From Isurus oxyrinchus (taxonomy: Eukaryota), in the NCBI GenBank assembly GCA_026770705.1, contig JANJGN010000021.1, positions 105,028,001 to 105,092,000 of the forward strand: DNA of 64,000 nt. Direction: 5' to 3'. Made by a program: the position numbers and the translations under genes. The notes below the pieces were generated by a model. It had not been told where the DNA came from. It ran no database searches and worked only from the letters and a program-made list of their open reading frames with translations. Below are positions 24,521 to 39,220 of this stretch, piece by piece (within the stretch, counting starts at the first letter, position 1; every line of letters begins with the position of its first letter).

Positions 24521-25589
24521 TTAAATGCCTATTTAGACAATTAACAGCCACCCAGACAGCAATTATTCGGGCTGATGGCAATAAGCTGTATGATACGGTC
24601 GCTCGTCGACGGGGGGATCTGCACTCATTGGCCGAACTTTCGGCGGGCCCGATTCAATCCCCGGCAGGCAGGGAGCCGATCCCCGTCGGAGAAGTTGGCC
24701 TCACCGCCATTTTACTTGGGCGGGCCAATTAAGGCCCACCCAGCGTGCCGTCCGACGGGAAGCGCTATATGCTTCCTGTGCAGGCGAGGGGATTCCCCAA
24801 AAGCGAGGGTGCGCTCTTTTGCGCATGGGCATGAAAGAGCGCACATTTCCCTGAGGCTAAGTGCTGCCTCAGGAAGATTGCTGACAGTTTCAAAAACGGT
24901 AAAAATAGAAAAATAATCATTAATATGTCCCCCTCATGTGACAATATCACACGAGATGGGACATGTTCATAAATTACACTAAAACTTTATTAAACTTTTT
25001 AAATACCCACATTGAACCTCATCCCGCCGGTGGATGAGGTTTCATGTATTTTCTATTGCCCGCCGGACCTCCTGGCCTACCCGCCAACATTAAGGTTGGA
25101 CGGGCATCCCCTTTAACTGGTTCAATGATCCTGTCAATGGCCTCAATTGGCCATTGACAGGTCAACTGCCAGCAGCTGATTTTCCTACGATCCCGCCTTC
25201 CTGAAAATTTAAATGGGGCGGGAACACGACGGGGGTTTCCCCGTAACGTCATCTGCGTCATGTCACGCGTCGGCGAGCGGGCCCCAGTGAGGAGGAGAGA
25301 AGGATTTAGAGAAGGAGCAGTGTGAGTGGAGCAGGGGATTAGAGGGAGGCCCAAGAGGCTGTGGTTCCTCGGGATGGCGAGCAAGTAGCAGCAGGTCCCT
25401 ATGGTCAGGAGGAGACTTGAGAACTTCATCGGAGGCTCAGAGTACATTATGCTTCAATGAAGGTATGCAGATAGTGATTCAGATACATCCAATTGACTGC
25501 GACTCATTGTTAAAGATGCCTGAGCCTTCCAAGGGTAGTTGTCACACCCCTTTGTGAGATGTTGGGTGCAGGGATTTCGTCAAACTGCC

Positions 25590-26310
25590 TTGGGATCCAC
25601 CTGATTTGTGTCGCCTGGAAGGTCACAGTGGCACAGAACCTTTTTATGAATGGCTCTTTTCAGGCAGGATCCGGTGTAAGAACAGGAATAACCCAGCCGG
25701 CTACACAACATTGGCTCAAGGTGTTTATGGATGCAATGTTCTGGGGGGCGGCAATTCCTTAGCTTTTACACTGATGCTCAAAGCCAGGTCGAGAGGGCCG
25801 GAGGGCTTGCTGCCATGCTGGTTTCTCCATGCTGCAGGGAGTCAACCATTTCACAGACATAGCCATCAAGACTTCTGCGGCATGGCCATACACGTTCATT
25901 AACAGGAACAGATTCCACTCAATGAATGTGCAGCTGGTCTGCAGCCACAAATGGCGGGCCATGCCGGTTTGTGGCACATATCCAGGCAGCAGCCACGACG
26001 CATATATCCTCAGGGATTCTCAAATTCCTCATCTTTTCATCAGTCTGGATGCACTGGAGTGTTGGCTTTCAGGCAATAAGGCCTATCCTCTCCAGAGATC
26101 ACTTATGGTGCCTGTGAGAGTCTCAAGACCTGAGGGAGAGAGGAGGTACAATGAGGGCCACGCATGCACCAGGGCCACAGCAGAGCAGACAATCGTATTC
26201 TAAAATGTGCTTACGATGCCTGAATCATTCAGGAGATGCATTAAACTTCTCCCCCCTCATGGGTCTCCCTGATGGTTCGTGGTCTGCTGTGTTCTCCACA
26301 GCACTGCGTA
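25590..26310 (+). pseudogene. PIF/Harbinger DDE transposase relic
   Basis: KVTVAQNLF..GSFQ, FINRNRFHSMNVQLVC, YPGSSHDAYIL, WLSGNKAYPL and RYNEGHACTRATAEQTI are Harbinger transposase motifs, with frameshifts. GC-rich subterminal-type sequence lies upstream at about 24620-25290. Confidence 0.9.
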
Positions 26311-27439
26311 CAAAGCGAGGATACTCTAGATGATGATGAGGTGCTGGAAGGGTACCAACCATCTAGGAACAATGATGAGGATGAGGGAAGGGAACAGAGC
26401 AGTGCCGCTGGGATTGCCCCTGGCAGTGACCAGATAGATGACTGTGACACTAGGGACGCCTTAATATGGCAACGGTTTCTGTAGAGCCTCATACCACATC
26501 AATAAAACAGATTCTGGAAATATATCCCTCCATCTCGCACTTGAGATAAGCAACTCCTGAGGCCCTAAGATGTAAATCCTCTCCATACAACCATAAGAAT
26601 ATACATGTACTCCATCCCCCCGTCAATATGAATCCTACCTTCACCTTGAGACAGTAATCACACATTCCACAGCTATGAAAAAGAACACAAGCATAAGGGC
26701 TGTGACTTATAAGTTTAATCACAAGCATTCACGACCAAATTATATTCTTAATGAGAAATGTCACCAGTGTGTCCCTATTCATGACCAAAGTGACAAATAA
26801 TGTTGAAGGGTGCTCTGGCATAGTGCTCTCCCTTTACTTGCGACTATACTAAAGAGAGGCATCTGATTTGCTACTCACCCCTCCTTGATCTGGATGACTT
26901 CAGTGGGCATCCTCTGCACGACTTAGGCCTTTAGATTCACCCACTTTAGGTGACGTTTTGCACAGATTCACGCTGTTCTTCAGTTGCTGTAGCAATGGTC
27001 GAAGCCTGCATCAATGGCTGTTGGATGGAAGAGATGCTGACCCCTTCAGTACCACCATAACAGGAACTCACAGATGGAGGCAGCTACTGCTGATGCCCTA
27101 ACACTAGAACAGGTTGTCCCTCCCTGCCAACTGGTGAAGTTCCTGGAGCTGGGTGGGTGACCAAGCTCCCAGTTACCCAGTCGCCCTGGGCCTGGGCTTA
27201 GAGCCAGGGATGGTGTGGAGTTGAGAGCGCATCCTGACGTTTGCATCTGTAGGTCACTCGTTTTACCTCTCTAGGATAGTCGCAAGTCTGTCCATTGTGG
27301 AGGCTTGGAGCTCAGAGGAATGGGTGACTGCAATGGTATTGGCCTGGATGAATACATCCACAGTCCGGGCCAGAACACAAAGTATATATCCTGTGGTATA
27401 CCAGCCATATCTTCACGGACCTTGTGCTGAACATCTAGC

Positions 27440-28355
27440 ATCACAGGATAGTGTCCTAAGCCGAACCATCTTGAGCTGCCTCATCATAAGGTCAGAAGTG
27501 TGGATGTTCACTGATGATTACACAATGTTCAGCATCATTCGCAATTCCTCAGATACTGAAGCAGTCCATGTCCAAATGCAACAAAAACTGGACAACATCT
27601 ATGCTTGATCCGACAAGTAGCAAGGCAATGACCATCTCCAAAAAGAGAGAATCCAACCATTTCCCCATGACATTCAATGGCATTATCATCCCTCATTTCC
27701 TCACTGCTAACATCCTGGAGGTTTCTATAGACCAGAAATTGAACTGGACTGGCCATATAGATACAGTGGCTACAAGAGACTAAGAATCCTGTGAAGAGTA
27801 AATCCCGTCCTGACTCCATAAAGTCTGTACACCATCTACAAGGCACAAGCCTGGAGTGTTATGGAATAGTCTCCACTTGCTTCGATGATTGCAGCTCCCA
27901 TAACAGCTTGACACCATCCAGGGCAATGCAACCCGCTTGATTGGCACCACATCCACAAACATTCACTCCCCCCACCACCGACACACAGTAGCAGCAGTGT
28001 GTACCTTCTACAAGGTGCACTATAGGAACTCACCAAGGCTCCCTAGACAGCATCTTCCAAACCCACAACAGCTATCACCTGGAAGGACAAGAGTGGCAGA
28101 TGCATGGGAGCACCGCTACCTGGAAGTTCCCTTCCAAACCGCTCACCATCCTGATTTAGAAATATATCGCCGTTCCTTCAATTTTGCTGGGTCAAAATCC
28201 TGGAACTCTCTCCCTAACAGCACTATGGGTGTACCTACACCACGTGGACTGCAACGGTTTAAGAAAGCAGCTCACCACCACCATCTCAAGGGGAATTAGG
28301 GATTGATAATAAATGCTGGCCTAGCTAGGGACGCCCACATCCCATGAGTGAATAT
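27440..28355 (+). mobile_element. Family B LINE 3' fragment inserted in the Harbinger relic region
   Basis: SEVWMFTDDYT (RT), ORF 27937..28299 and the shared 3' tail. Confidence 0.88.
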
Positions 28356-29214
28356 TTTAAAAAATCTGCTGCCGTGTGGACGACTTCAGAAGCTCAACAC
28401 CCGACTCAGAATCAGACTGTGGATCACCCAGGCAACTAGAGGCCTGCTGCAGCACATCTTCCGGCAGCTGCACTTGAAAATGTGAAGCACCCTCACTAGT
28501 ATGCACATGACCCCTGCCTGACAGGTCACACACTGCAAATGCCAGCATTCTGCGATGGTGCTGGGTACAGATAGAGAAGATGTGACTCTGCAAACTCCCA
28601 GGATTCCTCCTCCTCCTTGGAGGGGGAAGAGGGGGCTTGCTGAACTGCTTCATCTGCAGGATGTGCTGAAGGGGCTTCTCCATTAACGGATATAAATCAT
28701 GAAGTGAAATAATTGGCTGGCATATTACTTAACATATCATGGCTAACTCTTGACTCTCATAAACATTTTCACGGTCAGACATGCATGGATCATCTCCACG
28801 AAAACCTTGAAGTTCTGAAAGAAGATGTGGCGCCTCTGATTACAATGCTTGCCCAGGTTCCAGAGTGAGCAGTCGCAGCACCAAACGCCTAGCATTTTTC
28901 AGTTACACTTTTAATCCACACTGACCATCTCAGCTTATCACCCAGTGTGATAAGTTTGACATCTCACTGGAACGAGGCCTCCCACAAATCTCAACACTGC
29001 CGACAGCTCTGGCACCCTCATTCTCCACAAAGGACAGTACTTGTTCCTCAAAGAGAGTGAGGCTTTCAATTCTTGATATTCCACCAGCCGTGCAGGGGCG
29101 CTCGTGGGCATTGTGGACTCACTTCTCCTGACCAAGATTTGAGAATGCATTATCAGATCAGCACATGCCCGACTAAAGCCTATGCTCGGGTATCATCCAT
29201 CATTCAAATTAATA

Positions 29215-29800
29215 ACTGAAATGAAAGCAGAAATTCTGGAACAACCCAGCAGGTCTGGTAGCTTCTGCAGAGAGAAACGCAGAATTAACTTTTCAAATCA
29301 GTAAGACTCGTCTTCAGAGCTCAAGAAATTTGACAACATCCAGGACCAAGTAGCCCACTTGATTGGTACAAACATTCATTCTCTCCACCACCGAAGCACA
29401 GTAACAGCAGTGTGTACCATGTACAAGACACACTGCAGGAATTCACCAAGGTTCCTTAGACAGCACCTCCCAAACCCGTGAGTGCTACCATCTAGAAGGA
29501 CTATGGCAGCAGACACATGGGAACACAACCACCTGCAAGTTCACCTCCAAGTCTGGACTTGGAAATATATTGCCGTCCCTTCACTGTAACTGGGTCAAAA
29601 TCCAGGAACTCTTCCCCTAATAGCACTGCAGGTGCCCCTACACCACGTGGACTGCAGCAGTTCAAGAAGGCAGCTCACCACCACCTTCTCAAGGGCAACT
29701 AGAGACGGGCAATAAATGCTGGCCCACCCAGCGAAGCCCACATCAGGTTTTCCAGCATTTTCTATTTTTATTTCACATTTGCAGCATCTCAGTATTTTAA
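29215..29800. mobile_element. Old Penelope pLTR ends in opposite orientation, separated by a family B LINE fragment (about 29330-29745, +)
   Basis: 29220-29320 resembles 18840-18930; 29743-29795 resembles 21280-21335. Confidence 0.6.
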
Positions 29801-31099
29801 TTTTAAACAACTGGTTGGAATGAATAATGGCATGGTTCAGGACAGTAGTGCACTTGTGTAAACACCCACTTTTGGGTGAGCCAATATTCTCCGACACCTA
29901 CTGAATTTGCTTTCTGCCCCTCCCTCCCACTGCACTAATGTAGCCCAAACCGTCGCCACGCTACCCTTGCCGATCACACGGCGTCATTGAATCTTTTTCT
30001 GGCATTGCGACCATGTCCTCCTCACAAAGTCACCAGCACATGCCTCCTCGCCTACCTCCTCCTGAGCAGCACAATCTGCCTGTGGTTCCTCCTCTTCCCG
30101 CCACTTGGAATGAGCTGGTCACTTCTCCCCTTTCTAATCCGAGGAGGGCCCCAAGAGCAACCTCCCTGAATCAGGCACTGTCTACCACCCACGCTTGCCG
30201 CTAATTGGTGACAATCATTGTTTTATCGCGTGCCCAAAGATAGCAGACCCAGAAGTCAGTATCAGGTGCGGTACCCAGCATCGGCGCACGCACGCAAAAT
30301 TCTACTCTATTTTCTGCTTTCCCCCATACTCTGGGATTCCTCCTGCCAGCCTAAAAATTAGAGGGGGCAGGATATGGTCCTTTGGTGGTCAATAATTGTT
30401 TACTTTACGGCCTCAACTGGGCAAAGGCGGGCAGGCTGGCCGAAGCCTCCCCCGCCCCAGGGTGCAATTGCGGGGAGATCAGGGCGGGTGGGAAGCCCAT
30501 CTTAGGAATTTTAGGTTCACCTCTCTCTCTCCTCCACCTCCCCCACCTACAAACCCGCCGTCGGGTCAGCGTAAAATTCTGCCCAATGTCTTCAGGAGTG
30601 TAGAAACGGAATCTCCCTCATTCTCACTTAGTGACACCTACTGAAAATCGAGGGTATATCCATGGGAAAGAGTGCTTCTTAAAGTTGGCTCTGGTATTCA
30701 CTCATAACCTCCCCACTCATTAATGGTGCAGTGACACTGACACTGGATGCTCCTGTGAACTTGGGCGATGAAATGGTGCTGAGCAGTCGGTTCCAATAAT
30801 GCTGGGCGTACAAGGTTATATCCTTGCTAGAGGTTACCACCCACTGTTTTTGGCCAAGGCGGGTATGTAATCCTGGTGCGATGTTTCTTCTGCATTATAA
30901 GATACCTTAAGCCAATCTCCTTGCAATGCTTTGAGTAGAAGCACTTTCTCTCAAAGTATTTTAAACTTGGCCGATCGAGAAGTGCTCCTTACACATATGA
31001 AAGTGCATGTATCAAACACATTCCAATGCTGAACAGACTACTTCAATGATTTGCTTTGAGTGAATCCCGATTCTTTCGGTAGGGATCTCCTGTAATTAT

Positions 31100-31910
31100 G
31101 AACACACGAATATATGAACAGATGAAACAGGAACAGAAGAAGACCATTCGGCTCCTCGAGCCTCCGCCATCATTCAATAAGATCATGGCTGATCTGTTTC
31201 TGTTTCGAATTCCAAATTCCCATCTACCCCATTATCTTTGATGCCTTTGCCAAACAATGATCCATCTACCTCTGCATTAAAAACATTCAGCGAGCCCGCC
31301 ACCACCGTCTTCGGAGGGAGAGAGTTCCAAACTCGCACAACCCTCTGAGAGAATAAAATTCTCCTCATTTCTGCCCTACAAGGACCACCCCTAATTTTGA
31401 AACAGTGCCCCCTAGTCCTGGACTTACCCGTAAGGGGAAACATCCTTTCCATGTCTACCTTTTAAATACCGTTCAGGATCTTATATACTCCAAGCAAGTC
31501 ACCCCTTACTCTTCTAAACCCCAATGGAAACCAGCCCGGTCTGTCTAAGCTTTCCTCGTAAGACAACCCTGGATATATATATCCAGGCGTTAATCCAGTA
31601 AATTTCCTCTGAATCGCTTTCAACACATTTACAACCTTCCCTAAAAAAGGAGACCAAATCTGCACACAGTATTCAAGGTGCTGTCTCATCAATGCCCTGT
31701 ATGACTGAAGCATAGCATCCTTACTTTTATGCTCAATTCCTCTTGTAACAAAGGATGTCATTCTACTGGCCTTCTTGATTACTTGCTGTATATGCATAAT
31801 AAGTTTTTGTGACTCATGCAGTAGGACTCCTGAATCTCTCTGCAGCTCGAAATCCTGCAGCCGTTCTCCGTTTAATTAACAATCTATTTTTTCTTAATTC
31901 TCCCTGCCAA
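31100..31910 (-). mobile_element. CR1 LINE 3' fragment
   Basis: Minus ORFs 31462..31797 and 31183..31452 (LEYCVQIWSP...FSQRVVRVWNSLP). Confidence 0.9.
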
Positions 31911-34900
31911 AATTACATTGTTTTATAGTTTCGCCTTATTTGGTTTTAGTTGCGCAGCCAGCATTTAACCATTCGTTTTCAGCGTTATACAAGGTTTAAC
32001 ATCACAGAATGCAATACATGTCCTGGACTGCGTTTCAGCATCCATCCAGTCAACTCCGGGTGGCTTATGAGACAGCTAACATTTTTTAAATTATGAATTT
32101 CATCTCCAATTACATACAATAAGGTGCAATGTTGGAATTGCATTACGCATGTGAATCTGTCTTTTTACGAGAAGAATCGATTGCAAATTCCAAAGTCGTA
32201 GCTTACACAATGGCCCTAGAGGCGAGTGACGAGTAAAGAGCTGCACTACGGGCAAAGCGCCAGCATGTAGCGCTGTTCTCCACAGAAAATGATCATGTCT
32301 TTGCGATACAATTACTGCTAGTGATGTTAGCGTGACATCAGTTATCCCGTTTGTACTACATTCTTCGTTTTCCCCACTGAATGCAAATATTAAACCGTTT
32401 CATTTGTAATGAATTCTAGCCTCAGCTTAAATAATAGAGAAATAACGTATTGCCAGTTTGTAGATACACAACGGTTGGTGCAGATAACAGTGGATCAGAA
32501 ATGATGTTGACAAAGTATAAAGCCACAGTTTTGCTAGCAGAAACAAGCAATAACTGAATCCAAATTGCATTTCATATCCCGCTGGTTGCAGCCCCACAGA
32601 GAGCTTGGAAATAAATTAGGTGAACCATAAGATACTAACATAATCAGGGAGATAGCAAGTTTGATCTCGGTTTGTAGCACGGACGAATATTGGAGATGTG
32701 AACGGAAAGGCATAGAAATAGGGGAACATAAGTAGGCCATTCAGCCCCGCGAGCTTCTTGTGCCATTCAGCAGGATCATAGCTGATTTGTCCCTTGACTC
32801 CTGCTTTGGTCTCATGAGCCTTAATATCCCTACGGGGTGGCCAGTGGGTTCAGTTGTCCAGGCAGCTAGCGTGTGGTTCGTTCGTCGTTCCAGCTGAGAC
32901 AGGTTTCGGGCTTACGTCAGCCTGCCAAAGGCGGCGTAAACCGTGGTCCCATAACACTTGGAACCTACCTCGAGAAGGATATACGTAAATAGGAAGAATC
33001 TTATCATTCTGATTTTTGAAATGTTCAGTCAATTCAAACCTCAGCAGCATTTTGGGGAGAAGGTTCCCGATCTCCACCATCGTTTGTGTAAGGGAATGCT
33101 TCTGATATCACCGCTGAATGGTCTAACTCTGTTTTTACATTCATGCCCTTGTTATGGACTTTCTCACATGAGGAGGTTTAGGCGCCTCTATCTGCCCTCT
33201 TAATTCTTTTAATAAGCAAAACACCTCTTTGAAATCATCCTTTACTGTTCTATAATTGAAGGAATACAAGCTTGATATATTCAGCTGTGCTCATAGTTTT
33301 ACTCTTTTCTCCAGCACTACCCCTCCTCCTCTCCAACCTCGCCCAGTATCAGTGGTTTAGGGGCCAGTTGCTAACAGCAGAAGCAGGTACCGAAAGTGAA
33401 CAGTTTTAGTCGATGATTGAGAGGCCCAGTAGACTGCGGTGTGGTTAAGCTTCAGCACAGAATAGACTGCTGTGGCCACTGTGCATCAGCTATGCTCAGG
33501 TTGCATCCTGTAATGGAAAGTGCTTGCATGATCTTGTCACCCCGAGGAGTGCAACCTTCAGAAGTATTAGCGCTGCAGTCAACTTTGCTTATTAGGCCGA
33601 AGAACGAGTTGGCTTTCTGCAATATGTCTCTGCTTTCTAGTACAAGTACGTACTTAATCAGCCTTGCTATCCGAATACAGTACAGTTCAGCAAATTAAAC
33701 AACAGAAGATAAATAATCAAAAAAGTTAGTCATTAGAGGTGGGGCATTTGACCAGACTCTTTACCCGAAATACTAACCCATGTCTTCCTCTCAGATGATG
33801 GATTCATGGTTGTGGATGCCCCACAGTTTCGGACATTTCTAATATCTGGGTTTCCCCATTTTTTTCTTTCGGGATGCGAGATTGGATTACTAACTATTTA
33901 TTCACCAGCTTGATTACATGGACGAAGATTTGCTCCTTGTGCTTCCTGTTGTAAGAGCCATTCATAAAGACATTTATGATTTTCTAATTGTAACAAATAT
34001 TGTTTTAAGTCGTATTTCCCGTACTTACATGAGATTACAATTGTTTGCTTTAAATATTATGCTTTAGTCAAGTAACCTATCAATTTAAACATCATCATCT
34101 CTCTACAATCAAGAAGGGAAACGTTTGTCCGCATAACCGACCACGTGACTATGTTGGTGAGGTCAAAACATCAGACCGTTAAACGACAGCACTAAATTAT
34201 CTACCTCAGATTCTGGTCACCAGCTCATTTGTGCTAATATAAGCACTGTTGAATATGTATAATATATCATTAACGGATCCCAATGGCTATGAATCTCAGA
34301 AACACACGCGAAACATTAACTTGTCTGCATGCTTCACGGATGATGATGCCCCTGCACAACTACATTCAATTTGTTGTGTATATTCACGGAGCTGCCGACA
34401 TGACTATCAAATGTGCTGGTTGTGGGGATGGCGCGGCTTAACTGTACGAGTTAATATCAATTGCACCGAAGTCTGATATGTAACCTACGTTAACTGTCAC
34501 TAGAATGAAGGACAGCCATTGTTGTAGCCGAATAGAAAGGTAAAGTGTAAGTGCATTGAGGGTTTCCTGTTTAAAAATAATAGAGCGCACAATAATATTC
34601 CCTGTCACTCAAAGAAACCGTCAGCATTGGCAGAGGCAGCTGTGGAGGAGGCAGTCACGATGATGCATGCCATCTGGCACACCAGGGAAATTCAAACCTA
34701 GCAACAATCTCGTTGAAGCCTGACAGAATTGTAACTGCGTCCACACTGAAAAGCTATACATATTTAAGCGATTAAATGATCATTCACGCTCCGACCACCG
34801 ACCGCAGCCGAGGTATAAGAGTGGACAGCCCCTGAGGAAAATATCTTCTCAGAATTCTGGTCAAAAACCATTCACTTAATCAGGGCGCAGGAGATTTCCC

Positions 34901-36008
34901 TGACAGGGTGACTTCTTTGCAACTTAGATGAAGCCCATCGTGGCGAATCAGCCAAGTTAATCAGTCAAGTTTTGTACTGTATTCGCTTGGAAGCTCTTGA
35001 AGGTAGTTGTACCCACAATAGAATGATCTGAGGACGCTCGGGCTCCTGAAGTTTTCTGTACAAGTCAATCGCTTGGAAGGGGTATATTCGAAAGAACCTT
35101 CAAGTGCATCGTGCGTTTATCATTTTTCACACAGAAGGTAGTTTTTTTTTAATAAACATGTTTTTGGGACGGGTGGGTGTTTTAATCTTGCTTTAGATGC
35201 ATTGCAAATATTGCTTGGATATTTCACTTGTGTGCGCTATTTCCAGCAACATTTTGGAATCACGCAGAAAGGATGCACTATATCAGAAAAATATGGGATA
35301 GCGTTGCCTCTCCACCTGCCATGTACCGCACACAGAGGCAGGTGAAATTATCTCCCCATCCTTGTGATATATAAGTGCAGGTATTAATTTTACCCAATGC
35401 TTGAAATGTGCAATCGTAAAATGTTTCTTATGTTGGCACCAGTTCCTGTTTCTGTTTTTATTTCAATTGCATCACCTGTTCCGCGCCTTCAACGTTCTTG
35501 TCATGAAGGCTTCAATTACTCGCTGTAATAGCTTAGGTCTGACAGATGCGAATTTAATATTCCAAATGAACAACAATGCATGACCAATTCCGTCCAAATA
35601 ATCAACACTGCCGAAAACTATACGCTGCCAGATTCTTATTCTATGATATTTCATCCTCAATAACGTTACCATCCAAACCTGGTGTTTTAATTTTATGTCG
35701 TTTTTCTCAATCTTATTCAGAAGATTTATTTTATGAAAATCTGCAAACATATTACATTTAATTAAAAGGGGCTAAGTCAGTAATGCGGAAACTAACTGAC
35801 CGTTTTTGGAAATTTTCCAAAATTATCCGTCAAATTCACTTAGCTGAGTTGTGTTCCTTGATTGCTGGGCCATACTTCTAAAGAATATTCTTGCAAAGGC
35901 TAAGTTTTTTTTTGTTCCTGAAATATCATTATAAACCAATGAGAGTTCAAGCAAAATGTTTATAAGAGAGCTTTATTAGTTAGATAGCTGGCTATGTAGG
36001 TAAACTGG

Positions 36009-36167
36009 NNNNNNNNNNNNNNNNNNNNNNNNNNNNNNNNNNNNNNNNNNNNNNNNNNNNNNNNNNNNNNNNNNNNNNNNNNNNNNNNNNNNNNNNNNNN
36101 NNNNNNNNNNNNNNNNNNNNNNNNNNNNNNNNNNNNNNNNNNNNNNNNNNNNNNNNNNNNNNNNNNN
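36009..36167. other. Assembly gap (159 N)
   Basis: Run of N. Confidence 1.
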
Positions 36168-37034
36168 ATCGCGAGTGATGGACGCCCGGATAAACGGATA
36201 AGGACATAAGGAATAGGCGCAGGGCTAGACCATACGGCCCGTCGTCGAGCGTGTACAGCCGCTGAATGCGATCATGGTTAAATTTGTACTTTAACCCCGC
36301 TTTCCGCCCGTCCCCTTTATTCCTGCATTCCCCGATAGACCCATTTCAGCCTTAAATATATTCACTGATGACGCAACCACAACACTTTGGGGGTTAAGAA
36401 TTCTAAAGATTCACAAGCCGTTGAGTGAAAAGCATTCTCCTCATCTCAGTGCTAACTCTGGCGCCTTGTTCTAGATTTCCTGAGGGTATTATTTGGTTTC
36501 TTTGTGGAAATTTGCGAGAGAGTTGCAAATCTTATTCCATTGCTTGTTATGTTTCCCATAACCCTATATATATATATATATATATATAGATATATATGAG
36601 CTTCAAACAATTATCCAATGTTTCTTCATAACATGCACGCACCACCAAACCAATCCCCTTTCTGAGTTAGTTCTTGGAATCGCTCCATATCGGCTTTCCA
36701 GCACATGTACGTTCTTCTTTCCATCACTGAAGCATTTCAGGAAAGAGAATCTGCCAACTCTCCCCCGTCTAGCCTGCATGCGGCTGCAATCCCATACAGT
36801 GGCTGGCTCTTATTGCCCTCTGATATGCATCATTTTGTTGCTACGTTCAAAGAAACTGCGACAAAACAGAACAATTGAGGCATATACCGAATAACCTATC
36901 GACAAAACACAGGCCATTGTATCAGAACTACACTCAGCTATCCCAGTCTACGCAACTTTCTAAAACCTTCCTCAACAGAATAACCGACTTGATGTCCAAG
37001 GATGCCTAGCTGCGTCACAGATTGACATTGCATA

Positions 37035-37500
37035 CGAATATAGGAATTAGTAGTAGGAGTAGGCCATTCGGCTCCCCGAGCCTGCTCCGCCATTCAATAG
37101 GATCATGGATACTCTGACTGCACCCTCAACTCCGACTTCCTGTCCACCCTCATAGCCTTTTACCCCTTTGCCAATCAAGAATCTATCTAACTCTGTCTTA
37201 ACAATATTCAATGACCCAGGCTCCACCGCTCTCTGACAAAGAAAGTTCCACAGGCTTACGACCCTCTGAGAGGAAAACACTCTTCTTCTCCGCCTTAGCT
37301 GAAAGACCCCTTATTTTTAAATGGTGTCCCGTAGCTCTAGTTGCTCCCACAAGGGGAAATATCCTGTCAGCATCCACCCTGTCAGGGCCCCTAAGGATTT
37401 TATATGTTTCAGGAAGATCGCCTCTCATTCTTCTAAGCCCCAATGGATATAGGCCCATCCCGTCCGACCTTTCGTCAAAAGATAACCGCCTTTTTTCAGG
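37035..37500 (-). mobile_element. CR1 LINE 3' fragment
   Basis: Minus ORFs RRMRGDLPETYKIL...SQRVVSLWN and a CR1 tail. Confidence 0.88.
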
Positions 37501-38329
37501 AATTGGTCGACACTGGCAGACTCTCAGAAGCATGTCTTTTAGTCAGGATCCGTTAGTATGTTTCGTTTAACAGATCTGGGATCAGAGTAGCTTACATTTA
37601 TGTGACCATGGCCTGGGATGTCTCAGCATTCAGTCTGGTCCACCAGAGGTTTCAGGGCATTAGGTAGAGCAAGGAGGTTTGCTATTTCCCACAAAGAGAC
37701 ACCTAAATGGCAACTAAACACTTCTCCGTGTAAAGCACAAGTTTTAGGAAACACTGAGGGAAACAAGAGAAACAAATGCATTCTGAATAGAGACTTTAAT
37801 ATCCACAAGCCAGAATGGTTAGTTGGTCATGCCAGTCACTCAGCTAAGCCAGTCTTGAAGGACACAGCTACTAGATTGATCACCCTCCTCCCTGTACTTT
37901 TCTCTTTCAATGAAATGGACAATTAGGCGGCTTCAAGGAGGATATAGTTCAGGCAAAATCTGAACTCATTTACAAGGAAGGAATGGGGTTGGATCAACCA
38001 AAGCTGGTTGATAGTCTGGTGACTATAGAAAATGAAGTTAAAATTAAACAGAATAACGGAATTTATAAGATATGTTAGATTTCTAATTAATAGAGAATCA
38101 AACAGAGTACACAAGTTGCGGAGTTAGATTAATAAAATGTAATAAAGACAAAGAGTGTACATGAAACTAGATGGGGGGGGGGGGTGGTATTAAAATAAGA
38201 GGGAATGCTTAATGTTTCAGAAAGGTACAGGAAGTAAAATGATCTTGAAAGGAAGCATTGAGTCAACTGAGGAGCAATAAGGTCTACTTGTGCAGGCGAA
38301 GGGCTTGGTTGAATGACTGCTTTGCACAT

Positions 38330-39220
38330 GTCTTCACAAACGAGAGGTGGATGCCGATATCATAGTAAAAAAAAGGAGGATGTGTCTGTGCAGTAATTGC
38401 ACAGAAAGAATGAAGAATGAAGAGTAGATACTTTCAAGGTTAGCAGTGCTAAATGTAGAATAGTCATATGGTCCGGGTGTGATTCATTCATGTTGGCTGG
38501 AAACAGAATCTTTGGATTTATAGGTACAATACAAAAGGCCGAAAATTATGCTAATAAGCCTTTATAAGCTATTAGTTAGATCTATATTAGAGCACTAAAT
38601 CAAATCCTGGGCACAACATTTTAGGAAGGATGCCGTGGACAGAGAGGGTGCAGAGGAAATTTAGCTAAATTGTAGCTATTAAGATAGCCATAATGAAGTG
38701 CTTTAGTTGTGTGGGGAGATTGTAGAAACTGGGACTGTTCCCCTTAGGGCAAAGACGGTTAAGAGGAACTATAATAGAGGAATTCAAAAGTATAAGTGAC
38801 GTTGATAGAATAAATAAGGAGAACCACTTTCCACTGGCAGGAGGCATGTAGCCAGATAGTACGGATTTCAGATGACTAGCATAACGAGAGGGGAAATGGG
38901 GAAAATCATTGGCTGTCAATCACTGAGATCTGTTATGTGCTGCCTGGAAAGGTGGTGAATGACGATTCAAACAGTAACTTCCAAAAGAGAATCAATTTAT
39001 AATTGAAATGGAAGGCAAATACAGGGCAATGGGGAAATGGCGGCGCGGGGTGGGGGTGACGGTGGGGGCTGGTGGGGGGGGGGGGGTGCGTGGGGGGTGG
39101 GGGTGTGGTGGGTATCGGAGTGGGGGCAGGGGTCGGGGGTTTGGTGGAGAGGAACTAATCAGCCAAGCATTTCAAAGAGCAGACATAGGCACGATTTGTC
39201 GAGTGCTTGATGGTTACATG
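38330..39220 (+). mobile_element. Old CR1 LINE fragments
   Basis: Decayed LYK.LVR..LE and gggactgttccccttagggcaaagacggttaagagg motifs. Confidence 0.65.

Noticed and set aside
25590-26310. Domesticated HARBI1 gene
   Set aside because: Frameshifted, catalytic motifs altered (for example GNKAY), and embedded in transposon-like flanks.
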